Source: Amphiscolops sp. MND2022
Lineage: Eukaryota
Direction of reading: 5' to 3'
DNA length: 64,000 nucleotides
Assembly: GCA_964187785.1 (NCBI GenBank)
Contig: OZ076417.1
Coordinates: 36,828,001-36,892,000 of the forward strand
Shown here: one piece after another, positions 39,491 through 52,078 of the stretch
Layout of the letters: every line of letters starts with the position of its first letter
Position numbering within the stretch: position 1 is the first letter of the stretch
Notes under the pieces: generated by a model
What the model was told of the DNA's origin: nothing
Database searches by the model: none
What the model saw: the letters and a program-made list of their open reading frames with translations, nothing else
Translations under genes and position numbers: made by a program

Positions 39491-39726
39491 TAGGTGTCTT
39501 GATTTCCAAAACGTTGTTTTGTTCTGAGAAGTGAACTGATTTTTGATGAAAGTCAACAAAGAATGATACAAAAGTTTACAGTGAAGTAGTCATCAATTAT
39601 TTGGCGCCAAAGCAAAGAAGAGATGTTTCATGAGTTGTTCATACACTTATTGAAAGCAGAAATCTCGATAAAAAGTAGAAGATATACATGCTGTGACTTC
39701 TAGCTCAAGAAAATAAGTACTTGATA

Positions 39727-39738
39727 CTCCCCCTTTTC
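39727..39738 (-). promoter_or_regulatory. Copia polypurine tract
   Basis: GAAAAGGGGGAG on the minus strand directly abuts the 3' LTR start TATCAAG. Confidence 0.85.
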
Positions 39739-39763
39739 ATGAGCTGTAAATAGGAACTCATGT

Positions 39764-42700
39764 CTAACGATTAAAGTTACTATTCTCTCTCTGGGTTGTT
39801 ATACCACCAGCTATTTCCTTGCTGAACCTCTGAAACATGACCCTCCCTAAGGCTTTAGTCAAAATGTCCGCTGTCATATTTTCGGTTGGACAGAAATTAA
39901 CTTCTAAAACCTTCTCGTCTATTTTCTCTTGCAAGAAATGTAGCTTGACGGCGAAGTGCTCAACTTTTTGGGAATTGACAGCGTTTTTAGTCATTGCTAT
40001 ACAAGCCTGATTGTCAACGAAGACAGAACTCGGTAATGATTTGCACACACCAAGCTCTGCACCTAGCTCTCTCAGAAAAACCAATTCTTGTGTTGCTGCA
40101 AAAAGAGCAGCAGCTTCAGTTTCGGCAGTGGTCGTTGCTACTGTTGATTGCAGCTTTGAGTGCCAACTAGCAGCACCTGAAGTCTCGTTTAGAAAAAAAC
40201 AGTAGCCACTAGTTGATTTTCTTGAATCTATTTTACATGCCCAGTCAGCATCGCTATAGCCTATAATTCTCATTTGGTCAGCTTTTTCGTAAATCAACTT
40301 TCTATTCTTCGTAGCCTTCAAATATCGCAAAACGTGCTTAGCTTGATTCCAATGCAGCCGTCCAGGATTTTGAACAAACCTACTCAGAGATCTTACGACA
40401 AAAGTTATGTCTGGCCTTGAAGTGTTGGCTAAGTAGTTGAGACTACCAATTAAACCTCTGTAGTTACAACACTTCATTACTTTTTCTTCTTTACTGCCCT
40501 TTGAAGGACAATCAACACTGCTGATAGGGACTTTTTCTAAAGCTGGTGTAAAAGCGGTTTTCGCGTCGGTCATGCCAAAGTTCTCTAGAAGTTTTTCTAT
40601 GTAACTTTCTTGTGAGATTTCAATTTTGTTAGCATCTCTTTTGATTTGCATACCTAGAAACCAATTCAGATCACTAACGTCGCTTACCAAAAACTTTTTG
40701 CGAAGCGCTACTTCGAATTCCTCGTAAAACTTTTCATCTCTGCTACAGTAAACCAGATCGTCAACTCAACACGCAACATAATCAGTGACACCCTTACGAT
40801 GTCTCAAAAAGAGGCAAGGATCACTTTTGCTCCCCTTGAATCCAATGCTTGTCAAAAAACCTCTTAGGGTAAAGAACCAATTTCGACCCGATTGTTTTAG
40901 CCCGTACAACGATTTTTTCAATTTGCAAACCAAATTCTCGCCGTCTTTCAACACTTCGAAGCCTAACGGTTGTTGAACAAAGATTTCTTCGTCTAACTCT
41001 GCGTTGAGATAAGCTGTCTTCACATCTAATTGCTTCAACTTCATGTCTCGTTGTACCGCAAAACTCAGTAAAAATCCAAGAGTCACCATTTTCACTGTGG
41101 GACTATAAGTTTCTTCGAAATCTACGCCCTGTTTTTGATTGAAGCCTCGGGCGACATATCATGCCTTGTATTTTATAATTTTGCCGTTTCCATCTCGTTT
41201 TAAGGTGAAATGCCATTTTCCGCTAACTAAATTTTTGTTCTTAGGAAGTTTGGTTAACTCCCAAACTTTGTTTTTCTCAAGTGACTGAAACTCGTCCTTC
41301 ATAGTTCCATACCATTCTGGAATGGATAACGCTTCTTCAACGGTTTTCGGTACTTCGGGGTCGACGAAACTTGTGTGAAACGACAGTTGATTTTCGAGTT
41401 CAGACGAAAAATTTTGATTAGCTGTCTCACTAGTACCTGGTTCGTATCTCTCAGGTGGTCTCACGTGCCTTCCGTATCTGGTTCTAACCTCATTTTCTGC
41501 TGATTCTGTCAACACATTTCCAACTTTTCTGTTCTCAGCTATCTCACGCCCCCTTTCGTCTATCTCGAAAATAATGTCTTCGTCGTTCGTAAGACTGCGC
41601 CTATGAAAACTTTCCGATCCTGGAAAAACTCTCTCGTTAAACGTTACATTTAGGGTTTGCAATGTCTCCAAAATTCCATTCTCAAAACTACCAATCAGAA
41701 AAGTTTTTGAATTGCTACTATAACCTAGCAAAATACCTGCTTCTGCTCGACTGTCGAACGTTTTTCGTTTCTCTTTCTCTACGAAAGCAACTGCTTTGCA
41801 GCCGAAAACCTTCAGATGGTTTAGATCTGGCGGTTTTCCAGAGAACTTCTCGAATGGTGTCTTACCATGTGAGGAGTGAACGCACCTGTTTTTTATGTGG
41901 AAGGCTGCCCTAATTGCAAAAGACCAAAACGTTTCTACTAAGTTCGCAGTTTTTAACATACATCTCACCATCGCGCCGTTGGTACTCCATACTCTTTCAA
42001 CTTTCCCATTTTCTTCGGGAGTGTTCGTAGCGGTAAACTCTTGACGAATATGGTTTCTCAAACAAACATCTGCAAACTTACCAAACTTGAATTCTTTCGC
42101 GTTATCGCTCACGATTCTACGTGGCTTCCCTAACTCAGCGAGAAAAAGTTCTAGTTTCGGTGCAACTTCGTCTTTACTTTTCAGCAAATAGACAGCACCT
42201 AACCGACTAAAACTATCAACAAAGGCCAAAGCGTATTTGAATCCGTCGACTGATTCAATTGGCTCGGGCGAAATGTCAACATGAACTATTTCTAGAGGTT
42301 TCGATGCTCGTGTTCTACAGTTTTACATATAGGACTACGTCTCGCTTTTTGAGTGTTACAGACATCACACTCGTCGTCTCTGTCCAGAAATTTCAAACTA
42401 TCAGTCTGTTTTGATAGTTTACGAATGTCTATATTATTGTTATGGCCTAAACGTTCATGCCATAACTGCAGTGTATCTTCAGCAGTGTTGCTTATTTCGA
42501 TTTTTGTAGCGCGCAAAAAGAACAGATTGTTCCGACTTTCTAAAGAAAAACAATCGTTTTCAATCTCAATCCTGGGTTTCTCATGAAATCTTACTTTCGC
42601 CTCCGCGACGTTCAGTCTTTTGATTGAGATTAGGTTTTTTGAATACTGGGGGATATGCAGAGCATTTTCGAGAGCTACTTTTTGTAATATTCCGCGACTG

Positions 42701-43817
42701 TTTTTGGCGAAAAACTCTATTTTACCTCTACCTTCAACGACAGACTCAGTGCCGTTAGCACAAGATACTTTTTCTTTCTGGGACGTTTCTAGATAACTGA
42801 ATAGTTCTATGTCTTTTATCATGTGACTTGTGCAGCCTTTGTCTATCAAAAGTTCGAATTGAGAGCCGTCTTCTCGTTGATCGGACGCGTGAAAAGAAAA
42901 TCCGTCCGTATCGTTGAGTTCAGTTGTCAAGTTGCCTTCGTTCCGTTTCGTAAGAAACCTCTTTTGTGTTTCCTTATTACGCTTATCAAATGGCTTCTTT
43001 TGAGCTTTGGGACACGCATTAGCCTTGTGACCTTTCTCACCACATTCGTAACAAACGATCGCAACAGTTTTCGACCGACATTGCGCTTGCTTATGACCGA
43101 ACTTGCCGCATTTGAAACACTTCACATCTTTACTGAAATGTGAACTAGAACCTTGATCCGTACCTTTCAGGTTGCTCTTGCTATCAAAGTTGAGTAAATC
43201 TCTCTTTAAATCTAAATCTAGGAAAGACTTTAGCTCGTGCGAAAACTTGAAAACAGTGACAAAGTTCGCGAACTGTTGTGGAAGGCCTTTCAAAACTACC
43301 GAACAAAGCATTTGGTCACTTACGGTTTCGTTCACTTCGCTCAAATTCAGCTGAAGTTCCTCAGCTCTGACTAAGTAGTCACGAATACTTTCAATTGAAT
43401 CGAGTTTCAAGTTTGTCAACTTGTTCAAACGTTGGTGAATGCGCGGTCTTTCTTTGCTCTTAAAATAATTTTGGAGTTCACGCCAAGCTGCAGTGCCATT
43501 CGGTGTTAGGCACTTTATAAGACTTAACGTCTTCTTATCTAAACATTGAACCAATTCGCACATACTTCGAACTGCTTTTCTTTCAGTTTTTCACTCTCAG
43601 CGGCAAAGTTTTCGGCTTCTGTTGCCGGCAAAGTTTCCATATCCAACAACACACTTCTTAGCTTGAGCAAATGAAGCCGAGCTTCAAATCGTTCCGCGAA
43701 ATATTCAAAATCTTCATCCTTACCAGAAAACATTAAAGTTTCGAGTTTAGAATGCACTGTCCTGGTCGAAGTGGCCATCTTAGCGGTAGTTTTCTCAACG
43801 TAACGTGAATTTTTCAA
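39764..43817 (-). pseudogene. Copia gag-pol polyprotein, broken into five ORF pieces
   Basis: Knuckles CFKCGKFGHKQAQC and CYECGEKGHKANAC; PR LLIDKGCTSHM; WHERLGH..CDVC; IN FVDSFSR / IVSDNAKEF / ENGKVER; RT QLDVKTAYLN, YGLKQSGR; RH GYSDADWA..RKSTSGY, NMTADILTK. Confidence 0.92.
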
Positions 43818-44610
43818 GATTTTTTTACACTGATTTCTATACTCACTATTTAGTCCTTTTCGCTAAACACCTGAACCTTGTGAATCCTGAACCTCGTGAA
43901 TTGTGTTCTAGTGGAATTGTTTCTAAATACGCGCTGCAATCACGCAAAAAACCTTATCCGAAAAATGCAATTGACAGACCTCCTGAAACCTTTTTCAGAA
44001 TCAACTCATTCCAATACTGACTGTTGGCCAAGCAGTGCTTTAGCTACAGCAGTTATGTGTGGAGTACATAACTTTCAAGGGCAAAGCATCCTCACAAAAA
44101 AGGAATCAAACTGTCTGTCAGTAAATTATGGACTAAAGAAATTTTTCTGAGACGGTCCTACTAACTGGATCTTAAATCCCCCCAAAATTTCTTACTTTGA
44201 AAACTTGCTGTGTTGTCTCTCAACTCAACTCCACTCTAACTTGACTCAGACTAGCAAAAACAGTAGCTATAAATAAGAGCACCAAAAAAAGAAAGAGAAG
44301 AAAAGAGGAGTTTGAGTTCAAGTTTTCAGAGCTACTTGTAACACTCGCAAAATTGCTTCCTCGAGGACTGTTAACTTCTGCTGCAAACTGACACTGCTCA
44401 AAAAAACGTCGTAGCCATGCTGAACCCTCACTGGCACTCCACTTCTAGTCCATCGCAAATCCATCTTCGTCCCACTTCAACATCTAGTGGTCATCGCTGT
44501 TCATCAAAAGTTGCAAATCGTCTATGTTGTTGGTCTCAGAGCGCACAAACATCCAACTTCTTCGGCAAAGAAGTCTTAGTTATTTTTGTTGCAAGAAGCG
44601 TGACAGTTTT

Positions 44611-44618
44611 CCATAACC
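44611..44618 (-). promoter_or_regulatory. Copia PBS-like motif GGTTATGG
   Basis: Directly abuts the 5' LTR end; matches the first 8 nt of the Drosophila copia-type PBS (GGTTATGGGCCC). Confidence 0.6.
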
Positions 44619-44853
44619 TCTTGATTTCCAAAACGTTGTTTTGTTCTGAGAAGTGAACTGATTTTTGATGAAAGTCAACAAAGAATGATACAAAAGTTTA
44701 CAGTGAAGTAGTCATCAATTATTTGGCGCCAAAGCAAAGAAGAGATATTTCATGAGTTGTTCATACACTTATTAAAAGCAGAAATCTCGATAAAAAGTAG
44801 GAGATATACATGCTGTGACTTCTAGCTCAAGAAAAAAAGTACTTGATAAGGTG

Positions 44854-46600
44854 TAAAATATGGAATGGTTCTAATAGAGGAATTATTTGAGCATTTCGTT
44901 CTGGGGAATGTATAGAGTGTTGTGTATTATGTGTATTTGTACTAGAGAAGTTTGTAATGGATTGGTAGAAATTGTTTGTAATGGAGGTCTAGAAAGTGTT
45001 CTGGAATTAACAATATTAGGCTGAGGGTTTGTATGTTTCATGTTAATGTTAAAGGTGGTTGGTATATTTGGATCAGAAGTATTTTGTGCTTGGGGATATG
45101 GATGTGTTGTAACAGACGTTCTTTCAGGAGTAGAAGAGATTGAAATGTATATCGTGGGCGTGTGTTACTTATAAGACCATTGATATTGTTATTAGAGGAA
45201 CTTGGCTGTTGGGATGTAAAAGAGGAAGTGTATGTATCAGATTCAGGTAGGGGTGGTGGATCATAATATCTAGATATTGGTATTGTGGTATAGTGGTAGT
45301 AGTAGATAAGGTCGAAGAACCTTGAATTAAAAATTGTAGATCTTGTTCTGTATTATCTGGTAAATCTTGTTCTTCAATAGGTCGTATAGGTACCACTAAA
45401 GCATATGAATTGACTGTGAGATCTGTACTTTGAGTATCAAGTGTAGGATTTGGGTTTTGAAGTTCATCTTGGTTATTATCATTATTTTGATGTTCATCGA
45501 TTTGGAGTGACAAATTTTCAAAATGTGCAATAGGTGGTTGTTGTGTTATTGGTTGTGTTCTTTGTGGACTTTGTTGTGGGTGTTGTAGTTGTGATTCAGA
45601 GGCATCAGAGAGAAGTTCATTGGATTCTTGGATTTGAATGTTAGTGTTATGAGGTGTTGTATGGATTTCGGTTGTAGATGTAGTAATATATGGTCGATTA
45701 TCTGACGTTTCAGAACGTTCCACAATGAAATTATTGTCGAAAGCAATAATTTCAAAATAAGGTATCTGAAGTTGTAAAGGATTTGTGTATCGTGGATGTT
45801 TATAATCATCTCTTATAATAAAAGGTAATAAATCTATTTCATCAAAAGTTTGGGGAAAGTTAGTATATGCAGATTGATCTTGCTGTACCCATATTAGTTG
45901 ATAATTGAATCGAAAGAACTTTAGAAGGAATCTTCCAAAGATTTGAATTTATGGTACAGTGTCGTCATTAAGTGTGAGAATTTGGAAGAAGTTATACTGA
46001 AAATGCGTACTTTGTAATATATCTTGTTGTAACCAGTAATGAGGGTTATTTTGCCTCTTTATTTGGGAGTCAATATCTGGGACTTCAAAATATTGATGTT
46101 TTTGTTGAAGATCTTCTAATATGGGAGGGCGGTGTATAGGTGTATCTAAATTTTCAATGAATTCAATTAGTTCGTTCAAATAGTTATTGAAGATGTCTTG
46201 TAATGTTAGTTGTATATTTTGTGGGTAAATTGTTCTGTAGTATATTCCTGTATAAACATTTTCAACAGAGTCAAAAACGACTTAGAATTGTGTCTACGAT
46301 AAAGTAATTTCATCAGTTTTATATCGAATCTAATAAAGGTAAGAATCTAGATGTTCTCTAAGTAGAGGTTTGGTATGTATAGAGTGAGGTTCAGTTTCAA
46401 AAGGTAATGGATTTGTGTATTGAAAGATGAGATTTCGTAGAAAAGGGTTAATATCCTGAGTAATTGATCGTACATTACAAGTTGGTGCAGTAATACATTG
46501 GAAAGGAGTAGGAAGCATGTTGAAAATTGTGTTTGTTCTATATTGAGGTTTCTATAAAATCATAGCTTAAAGTGGTTAAATGTTTTTGTAATATAGTGAC
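44854..46600 (-). pseudogene. N-terminal gag extension / upstream ORF of the env-carrying gypsy (Pro/Gln/Thr-rich)
   Basis: Fragments 45949-46179 and 45169-45723 lie between the leader and the copia insertion site, and are contiguous with 39491 once the copia is removed. Confidence 0.5.
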
Positions 46601-47254
46601 AACTATATTTTTTGTATGAAAATGTGTACAATATGGAAAAAATTGATCAATCAAAAGAACTTGGAAGAAGATGGTTAAACTGATAGTGAGAATGAGTATG
46701 TATATATTCGGTAAATATATGTTATAGAAACGAGATGTGTGATATATGCCAAAGAGTCCCAGGAAAAAGAATAAAATGTTGAGAACCTTTAATTGTTTAG
46801 GGTTTAGAATTTTGGACTAAAGGGTATGAGAAATTGATCAAATGTTATGGCAATTATGGCAACAAAAGCAAGAAAAAACCAAATCAATTAAATAACACCA
46901 ACAAAACCGTCAACAGTAAACATTTGAAAGTATTTTGTATTGTGTATAGAAGTATGTTATCTAAATGTATCAATAAATATGTTATAGGTGTATCATATAT
47001 GATTATGTATATTGTGTTCTGGTTATGATCTGTGTTAGTGTCTAGTGTGTCTGTCCCTGGGATTGTTATAGAAGTGTTATATTTGTGATATATTAAGAGG
47101 TTCTGTAGTGTTATGGAAAAGTTGAAAAGATGTTTCAAAAAATTGATGAAGAAGAAGGTAAGGTGTAAAAAGGGGTGCCAACTCAAGGAGTTGATCCAGA
47201 CGGCTAGATCCGAAGATACTAGCAGGAATCGTCGGATAGCACTTTAGAGAAAAA

Positions 47255-47515
47255 CCAACACGTATCGCACGTCTGCGGTTGGAACCAAAAGAATGGCCAA
47301 CACTTAACACCTTTGACGGTGGCTGGAACGAAGAATTATTTTTACCATTACGTATCAATATAGAAGTGGTTGGAACGGAAGTTAGTTGACCAACACGTAT
47401 CACCTTTTGTGCGGTTGAAACGGAGTAGAAGTTAACTGACAAGAATTACGTTTTATACGTAGTCAGAACCATGCCAACACGTATAAATGTTCTGTGAAAA
47501 TTGGTTGGAACGAAA
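47255..47515. repeat. Degenerate 42-48-bp tandem array in the gypsy 5' leader
   Basis: CCAACACGTAT-like starts at 47255, 47297, 47345, 47390 and 47474, each followed 15-25 nt later by GGTTGGAAC-like sequence. Confidence 0.7.
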
Positions 47516-47661
47516 GGTTAAAATGTGTAGATGAGTCCAAGAGGAGAAGAACCATTGTGTCTGACAAAAAGATATTGAATGAGGAAGTTGAAGAAACGTG
47601 TACAATAAGAAAGGAGGAGTGAAAAGGAAAGTCGGTAGAAAATTTTCTTGATCGCACCAAT

Positions 47662-48204
47662 TGTACTGCTTAAGAGTTGTATTGGTTAAGGTTAGTGTTA
47701 GGTTAGATGTTACTGTAAGAAACTACTTTCATCCTAAGCAGAAGCCGCTGTAGATGTTATTAGAGATCTCTTTCAATACTAGATGCTTAGCTAAGTCTTC
47801 GCGAGGAACACCTTTCTGTTTCTTTCACTAGTTATATACTTACAGAAAACCTATCTATTGAGAGATATAGTAAACTGAGTAGTTATTTATCAGGACATAC
47901 ATCAATAATTTATCTGTCATCAATAACTGTCTAAATGAAGAAGCATCGCTAAATCTATTATAGATTAGTGGGCTAGTATCTCAATGATGGAGCATTCACT
48001 AATTAGATTAGAGATTTGTGGGTTACCATATCAAATTACTGAGAGCATTTTTTAAACAGATTAGTGGTAATAATATCTGGATGGTAAGATCATTCACTAA
48101 ATAGATTAAGTTATTTCTAAGATGTCACGTGTCAATTTGTCAAAGAGAAAAAACTCTAGAAAGTTCTATAGGAAACTTTTGAGCTCATGTATCATGGTAT
48201 CACA
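47662..48204 (-). repeat. 5' LTR of the env-carrying gypsy
   Basis: Paired with 21748-22289; followed on the minus strand by AT-TGGTGCG (PBS-like, ~47650-47659). Confidence 0.9.
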
Positions 48205-50877
48205 GTTACTTTTGACATAACTTGTTTAATTTGAAGAAGAGACATTTTTCGAGAGTGAAGAAACAATAAGGAACGGTTATTCCCCCAACTTTTGGCTTTC
48301 GAAGACAATTAGTGAACGAGTTATCAGTAACAGGTCTAGTGTACGTTGGAGCAAACAAGTTTTTGTTTTGCAACCTTGTAGGAAAAATGGGATCTTAATA
48401 TTGATTTGGTTACACGAGATATTGCGGTGATTCAAACTTCAGTTGAGGAAACCTCACGATAATTCGACGAGGTGGAGTCCAAACACAGTCACAATTCCGT
48501 TTTGAGCAAACAAATTTTCGAATGACTCAATGAAAGAGACTGCGGCAGGTGGGAATGTATTTTGCACAGCGTCAACTTTAAGCAACTTTGTTTTGTAAGT
48601 TGTATCGTATATTGCAAACGAATTATAGCCCAAAAAGTGTGTTTTCTTGGTTACAAACGTCACTCAAAAATTGAAAAGCAGAATTTGTTTTCCAACTTAG
48701 CAATGCCAATGTTGTCCGAAAGTCCAGTTTCTATAAAAATATAAACGGACGCGAAATACTCTATCAGATGAATTTTTGTAACTGAGTTCTTTTTACACTA
48801 AGCCCAAGATAGGAGGTTCTCTGCAGCCAAAAAACACTGCCTCGCAACCATCAATTTTGCTAGTCAACTCTTGCCAAATTCAAACCATATAGATAGAGCT
48901 AAAATTTCTATTTTGGTGTATGTTTCAGTTGGATTTTCGGCAGATACACCTGTTGTGTCATCGGCAAAAGTTATCATGTGACTCGATTTGGAGACATTTG
49001 GTAAGTCAGTATTGAAACAAAGAAACAAAAAACCCAACTACCGATTCATGAGGTCCACAAGTGCAGATTTTCGGCTTTGCTGTGCTTAAACTGTTTACAC
49101 TAACGTATTACAATCTATCAGTTATTTCATTGAACGTAACTAATAATGGCTTTCCGGAGATCCAAGGAGCAAGCTTTGGGCAATTTATTAAAATCAATTA
49201 TTGCAGCGGTCGCATCAGTGCAAGACAATTTGTCTCTGAAACAATTTTTCTTTGAAATACCAAGTTCGTTAATTTGACGGAGATTCAGCATTCGGCTATG
49301 TATAGCGCTCTCGAAATGTTTGCTGAATGAATTGAATCGACTGATTGCTCTATATCATTGGAATTATTCTTTGTCTGCTTTTTTGTACAAGGAATGAACC
49401 TTTCTGTTTTTAGGCAATCTGGGAAAGTGCATTTTGAGGTACGTTCGGTAAAGTGTTTGACGATGAAAGTTTCATTTTTCTATTATTTAGTAACTGGTTC
49501 CATCATGTTCACTCGGTATTTTGTATTTGAACCACAAATAATTGACGAACTTGGATGACAGTTTGTTTTTCAATTGATAAAAAGTGGTTATTCAAGACAT
49601 TCAAGTAGGGTTCTCGTTCGAATGCTTGGAGACGTATTTTGAAATGGTCATGATGGAATGCCGAGGAGCTTTTAATTTGGCTTAGTACATCGACTTCTTT
49701 TTACTGGCTTCGAACCTGGCTGATATCTTTTCGCAAGAAACAGAAACTAGATAAAACAAAGGACGAAACGTCGATTTACTGAATCAGTGAATACTTGTTT
49801 GTTTCAACTAATTCCGTTTGTTCATCAAAACTTATACTTGTTTGGAATTTCTTAGCTTTTCCATTCCCGTCGTTGATAAGAGATTCCACTAAATCGCGTA
49901 ATTGTCCTTTGACTCCTAAAACAGCTTTCAATTTTTCATACAGTGAAAAATAAGTAATTGGCGAACTCTATTTGATTAGTCTTTTGCCATTTATAGTAGC
50001 TGGTTTTATGTCGATACTCTTTTGACAGAGAAGATTCAATAACTGGTTTCATTGATGATTTTTCGGTATTATTTGCAACTCATGGGTCCTTGCAAGTTCA
50101 ATAGAACGTCCTCGTCAGGAAGCTAATGGTTTCAGCAATTTGTTATTACCACAGTTGTTTCAAACTGAGGCTAGCGTTTGTTAATTCTTTTTTGAATTCC
50201 CATCTTTGTTTGCAATAATGTCAAGTTTTTGATCTCTTTTAGTTAGTCTCTTCGTTAAATCCACAGCGTAACAAAAAGGATTTTGAAAAACCCTCTCGAA
50301 AGGTTTCCTCCCTACTTACGGTCTTTTATTCTGAAATGAATAGACTTTGCTATTATTGCAGGTGGTTGGGTTGGGGTTGGGTTCACCACAGGCAGCGCAT
50401 GACATGGTTTTTGGTCTCATCTGGACATCAAGTTACTTGTTGATAAAGGTTGCCACATCCTCCATAATTGATCGTCCAGATAGTAATGACAAATTCCGGA
50501 AGTTTATGCATCCGTGCTCGAATACTGCACAATATCATTCTCGTTTTTAGCCGAACAAGTAAGTTGATTTTTGAGGTCGATATTTTCAGCGTTTTTCAGT
50601 TTGAGGTTTTCTATAATGCGACTAAGAACGTGCGCTTCGATTCATCGATTTGTGTGTTTCGTAGCAAGAGAGATACTTCATCAGTTGATCTGGCAATTCT
50701 GCAGCTTTGACCTGATCTCAATGTTTTTAAACGCAGGAAAGTTGAAGCGAACTGTCTGACTCTAGCTTTACATGTCTAGTCTCTTGACTATACGTTACAA
50801 GTATCAAATTTCAATTCTCTTCGCTTCAAAAAGACGAAGAAGCGTTCGTTTCCAAATGTATCCAAACGAATTTAAGG

Positions 50878-51420
50878 GTTGGGCGACAATTCGTCCCAAG
50901 CGACAATTCGTCCCAAGCGACAATTCGTCCCAAATTCCAAAAAGCGACAATTCGTCCCAAGCGTCAATTAGTCCCATTTTGAAAAGGCGACAATTCGTCC
51001 CATTTGTAAAAAGAGACAATTCGTCCCAAATTGTTTAATTGATCAGCTAATTACCAACCTTTTGAAGGTTGAAACGAAAGAAATAATCAAACCAACTACA
51101 AATGAATTCATTCAACCACGTGACAAAAATTAGAAAATGTTGCATTTTAACGTACTAGTAGTGGAATGTTGAAATTAATTGTTGGCACCTGCCTCTAATT
51201 GTAATCTTTCCGGATTCTTTATTACCAAGGTCTTTATTGGCAATTAAATTGAGGACAAATTGCAGCTTTTGATAATTGGGACGAATTGTCGCCTTTTCAA
51301 AATGGGACGAATTGTCGCTTTTTGGAATTTGGGACGAATTGTCGCTTGGGACGAATTGTCGCTTGGGACGAATTGTCGCTTGGGACGAATTGTCGCTTGG
51401 GACGAATTGTCGCTTTACGG
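50878..51420. mobile_element. Foldback / MULE-like MITE with arms made of 17-bp repeats
   Basis: About 7 copies of GCGACAATTCGTCCCAA (50883-51030) face about 7 inverted copies (51277-51413). Flanked by direct repeat AATTTAAGG (50869-50877, 51421-51429). Confidence 0.8.
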
Positions 51421-51999
51421 AATTTAAGGACTTGAAAACATCGATTTTTTTAGTTGATTCTATATAAAATAAAATGCCACTATTACAGAAGCGTCGTCTC
51501 GTTGGGTGTGTTTCAACCTGTTCGAAGTGACCAACAAAATGTTTAAAAAATTCTACCATAAACCTATGATCTAAAAAGGACCAAACAGGATTGAAGGTTT
51601 CAACGTTTTATTTCCTGAAATTCGTTTTGTTTTACACTTGCAATTGTACTTTCGGCAGTGTGCAAATTTGCTCCGAAAAAAGTTTCAATTCTAGAAAAGA
51701 GTATTCGTGTTTTTCTATTCTCCAAGTTGGGAACTTGCATGTTTTGTGTCTGCGCCCGCATAAGGTTCAAAAACAGAGGAATTTTATATCAATCAATCAC
51801 ACAGTGCCAAGATGACCAAATGATGCAACCTTCAGACAGGAAGAACATTTTGCTAACTAGAAAACTTTTGAAAAATTCAAATTTGAGGTGTAAAATTTCC
51901 CGAAGTTGTCTTTGAAACAAAAGTCACATAGTCAAAAACATTCCAGAGGGAGACTTTTTGAGCTCGTCGTCTAATTTGGCGAACAAGAACAATCTTTAG

Positions 52000-52078
52000 A
52001 CCAGCGCGGGATTCAAACCTTCAAACCCACGAACTCCTGCTCCCCAGCCATACACGCCAAGCACTGCGTCAAGTGACA
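52000..52078 (-). mobile_element. Degenerate tRNA-derived SINE head
   Basis: Minus strand has A-box-like TGACGCAGTGCTTGG and B-box-like GGTTTGAATCCC with plausible spacing; no intact cloverleaf. Confidence 0.4.

Larger units (their letters stand above)
39497..44848 (-). mobile_element. Ty1/copia LTR retrotransposon nested in the gypsy gag region
   Basis: 230-bp LTRs at 39497-39726 and 44619-44848 with 4 mismatches; TSD AGGTG (39492-39496, 44849-44853); PPT and PBS present; gag-PR-IN-RT-RH order. Confidence 0.95.
21748..48204 (-). mobile_element. Env-carrying Ty3/gypsy LTR retrotransposon (decayed), with a nested copia and an internal duplication
   Basis: Paired ~542-bp LTRs with TG...CA ends; 4-bp TSD GTTA (21744-21747, 48205-48208); PBS-like TGGTGCGATC after the 5' LTR; gag-PR-RT-RH-IN-env order. 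Confidence 0.9.

Noticed and set aside
47255-47515. Repeat-plus-variable-segment array as CRISPR-like
   Set aside because: The conserved parts are short and degenerate and lie within a retrotransposon leader; kept only as a structural RNA candidate.
50880-51415. 17-bp repeat arrays as a CRISPR array
   Set aside because: Repeats are mostly directly adjacent with no unique spacers, form two inverted arms, and there are no cas genes; the context is eukaryotic.
50772-51559. ORFs with repeated SDNSSQ / WDELSL peptides
   Set aside because: These are translations of the 17-bp DNA repeat, not proteins.
52000-52078. Functional tRNA gene
   Set aside because: Only A/B-box-like motifs are present, with a duplicated GGTTTGAA and no convincing acceptor or anticodon stems.
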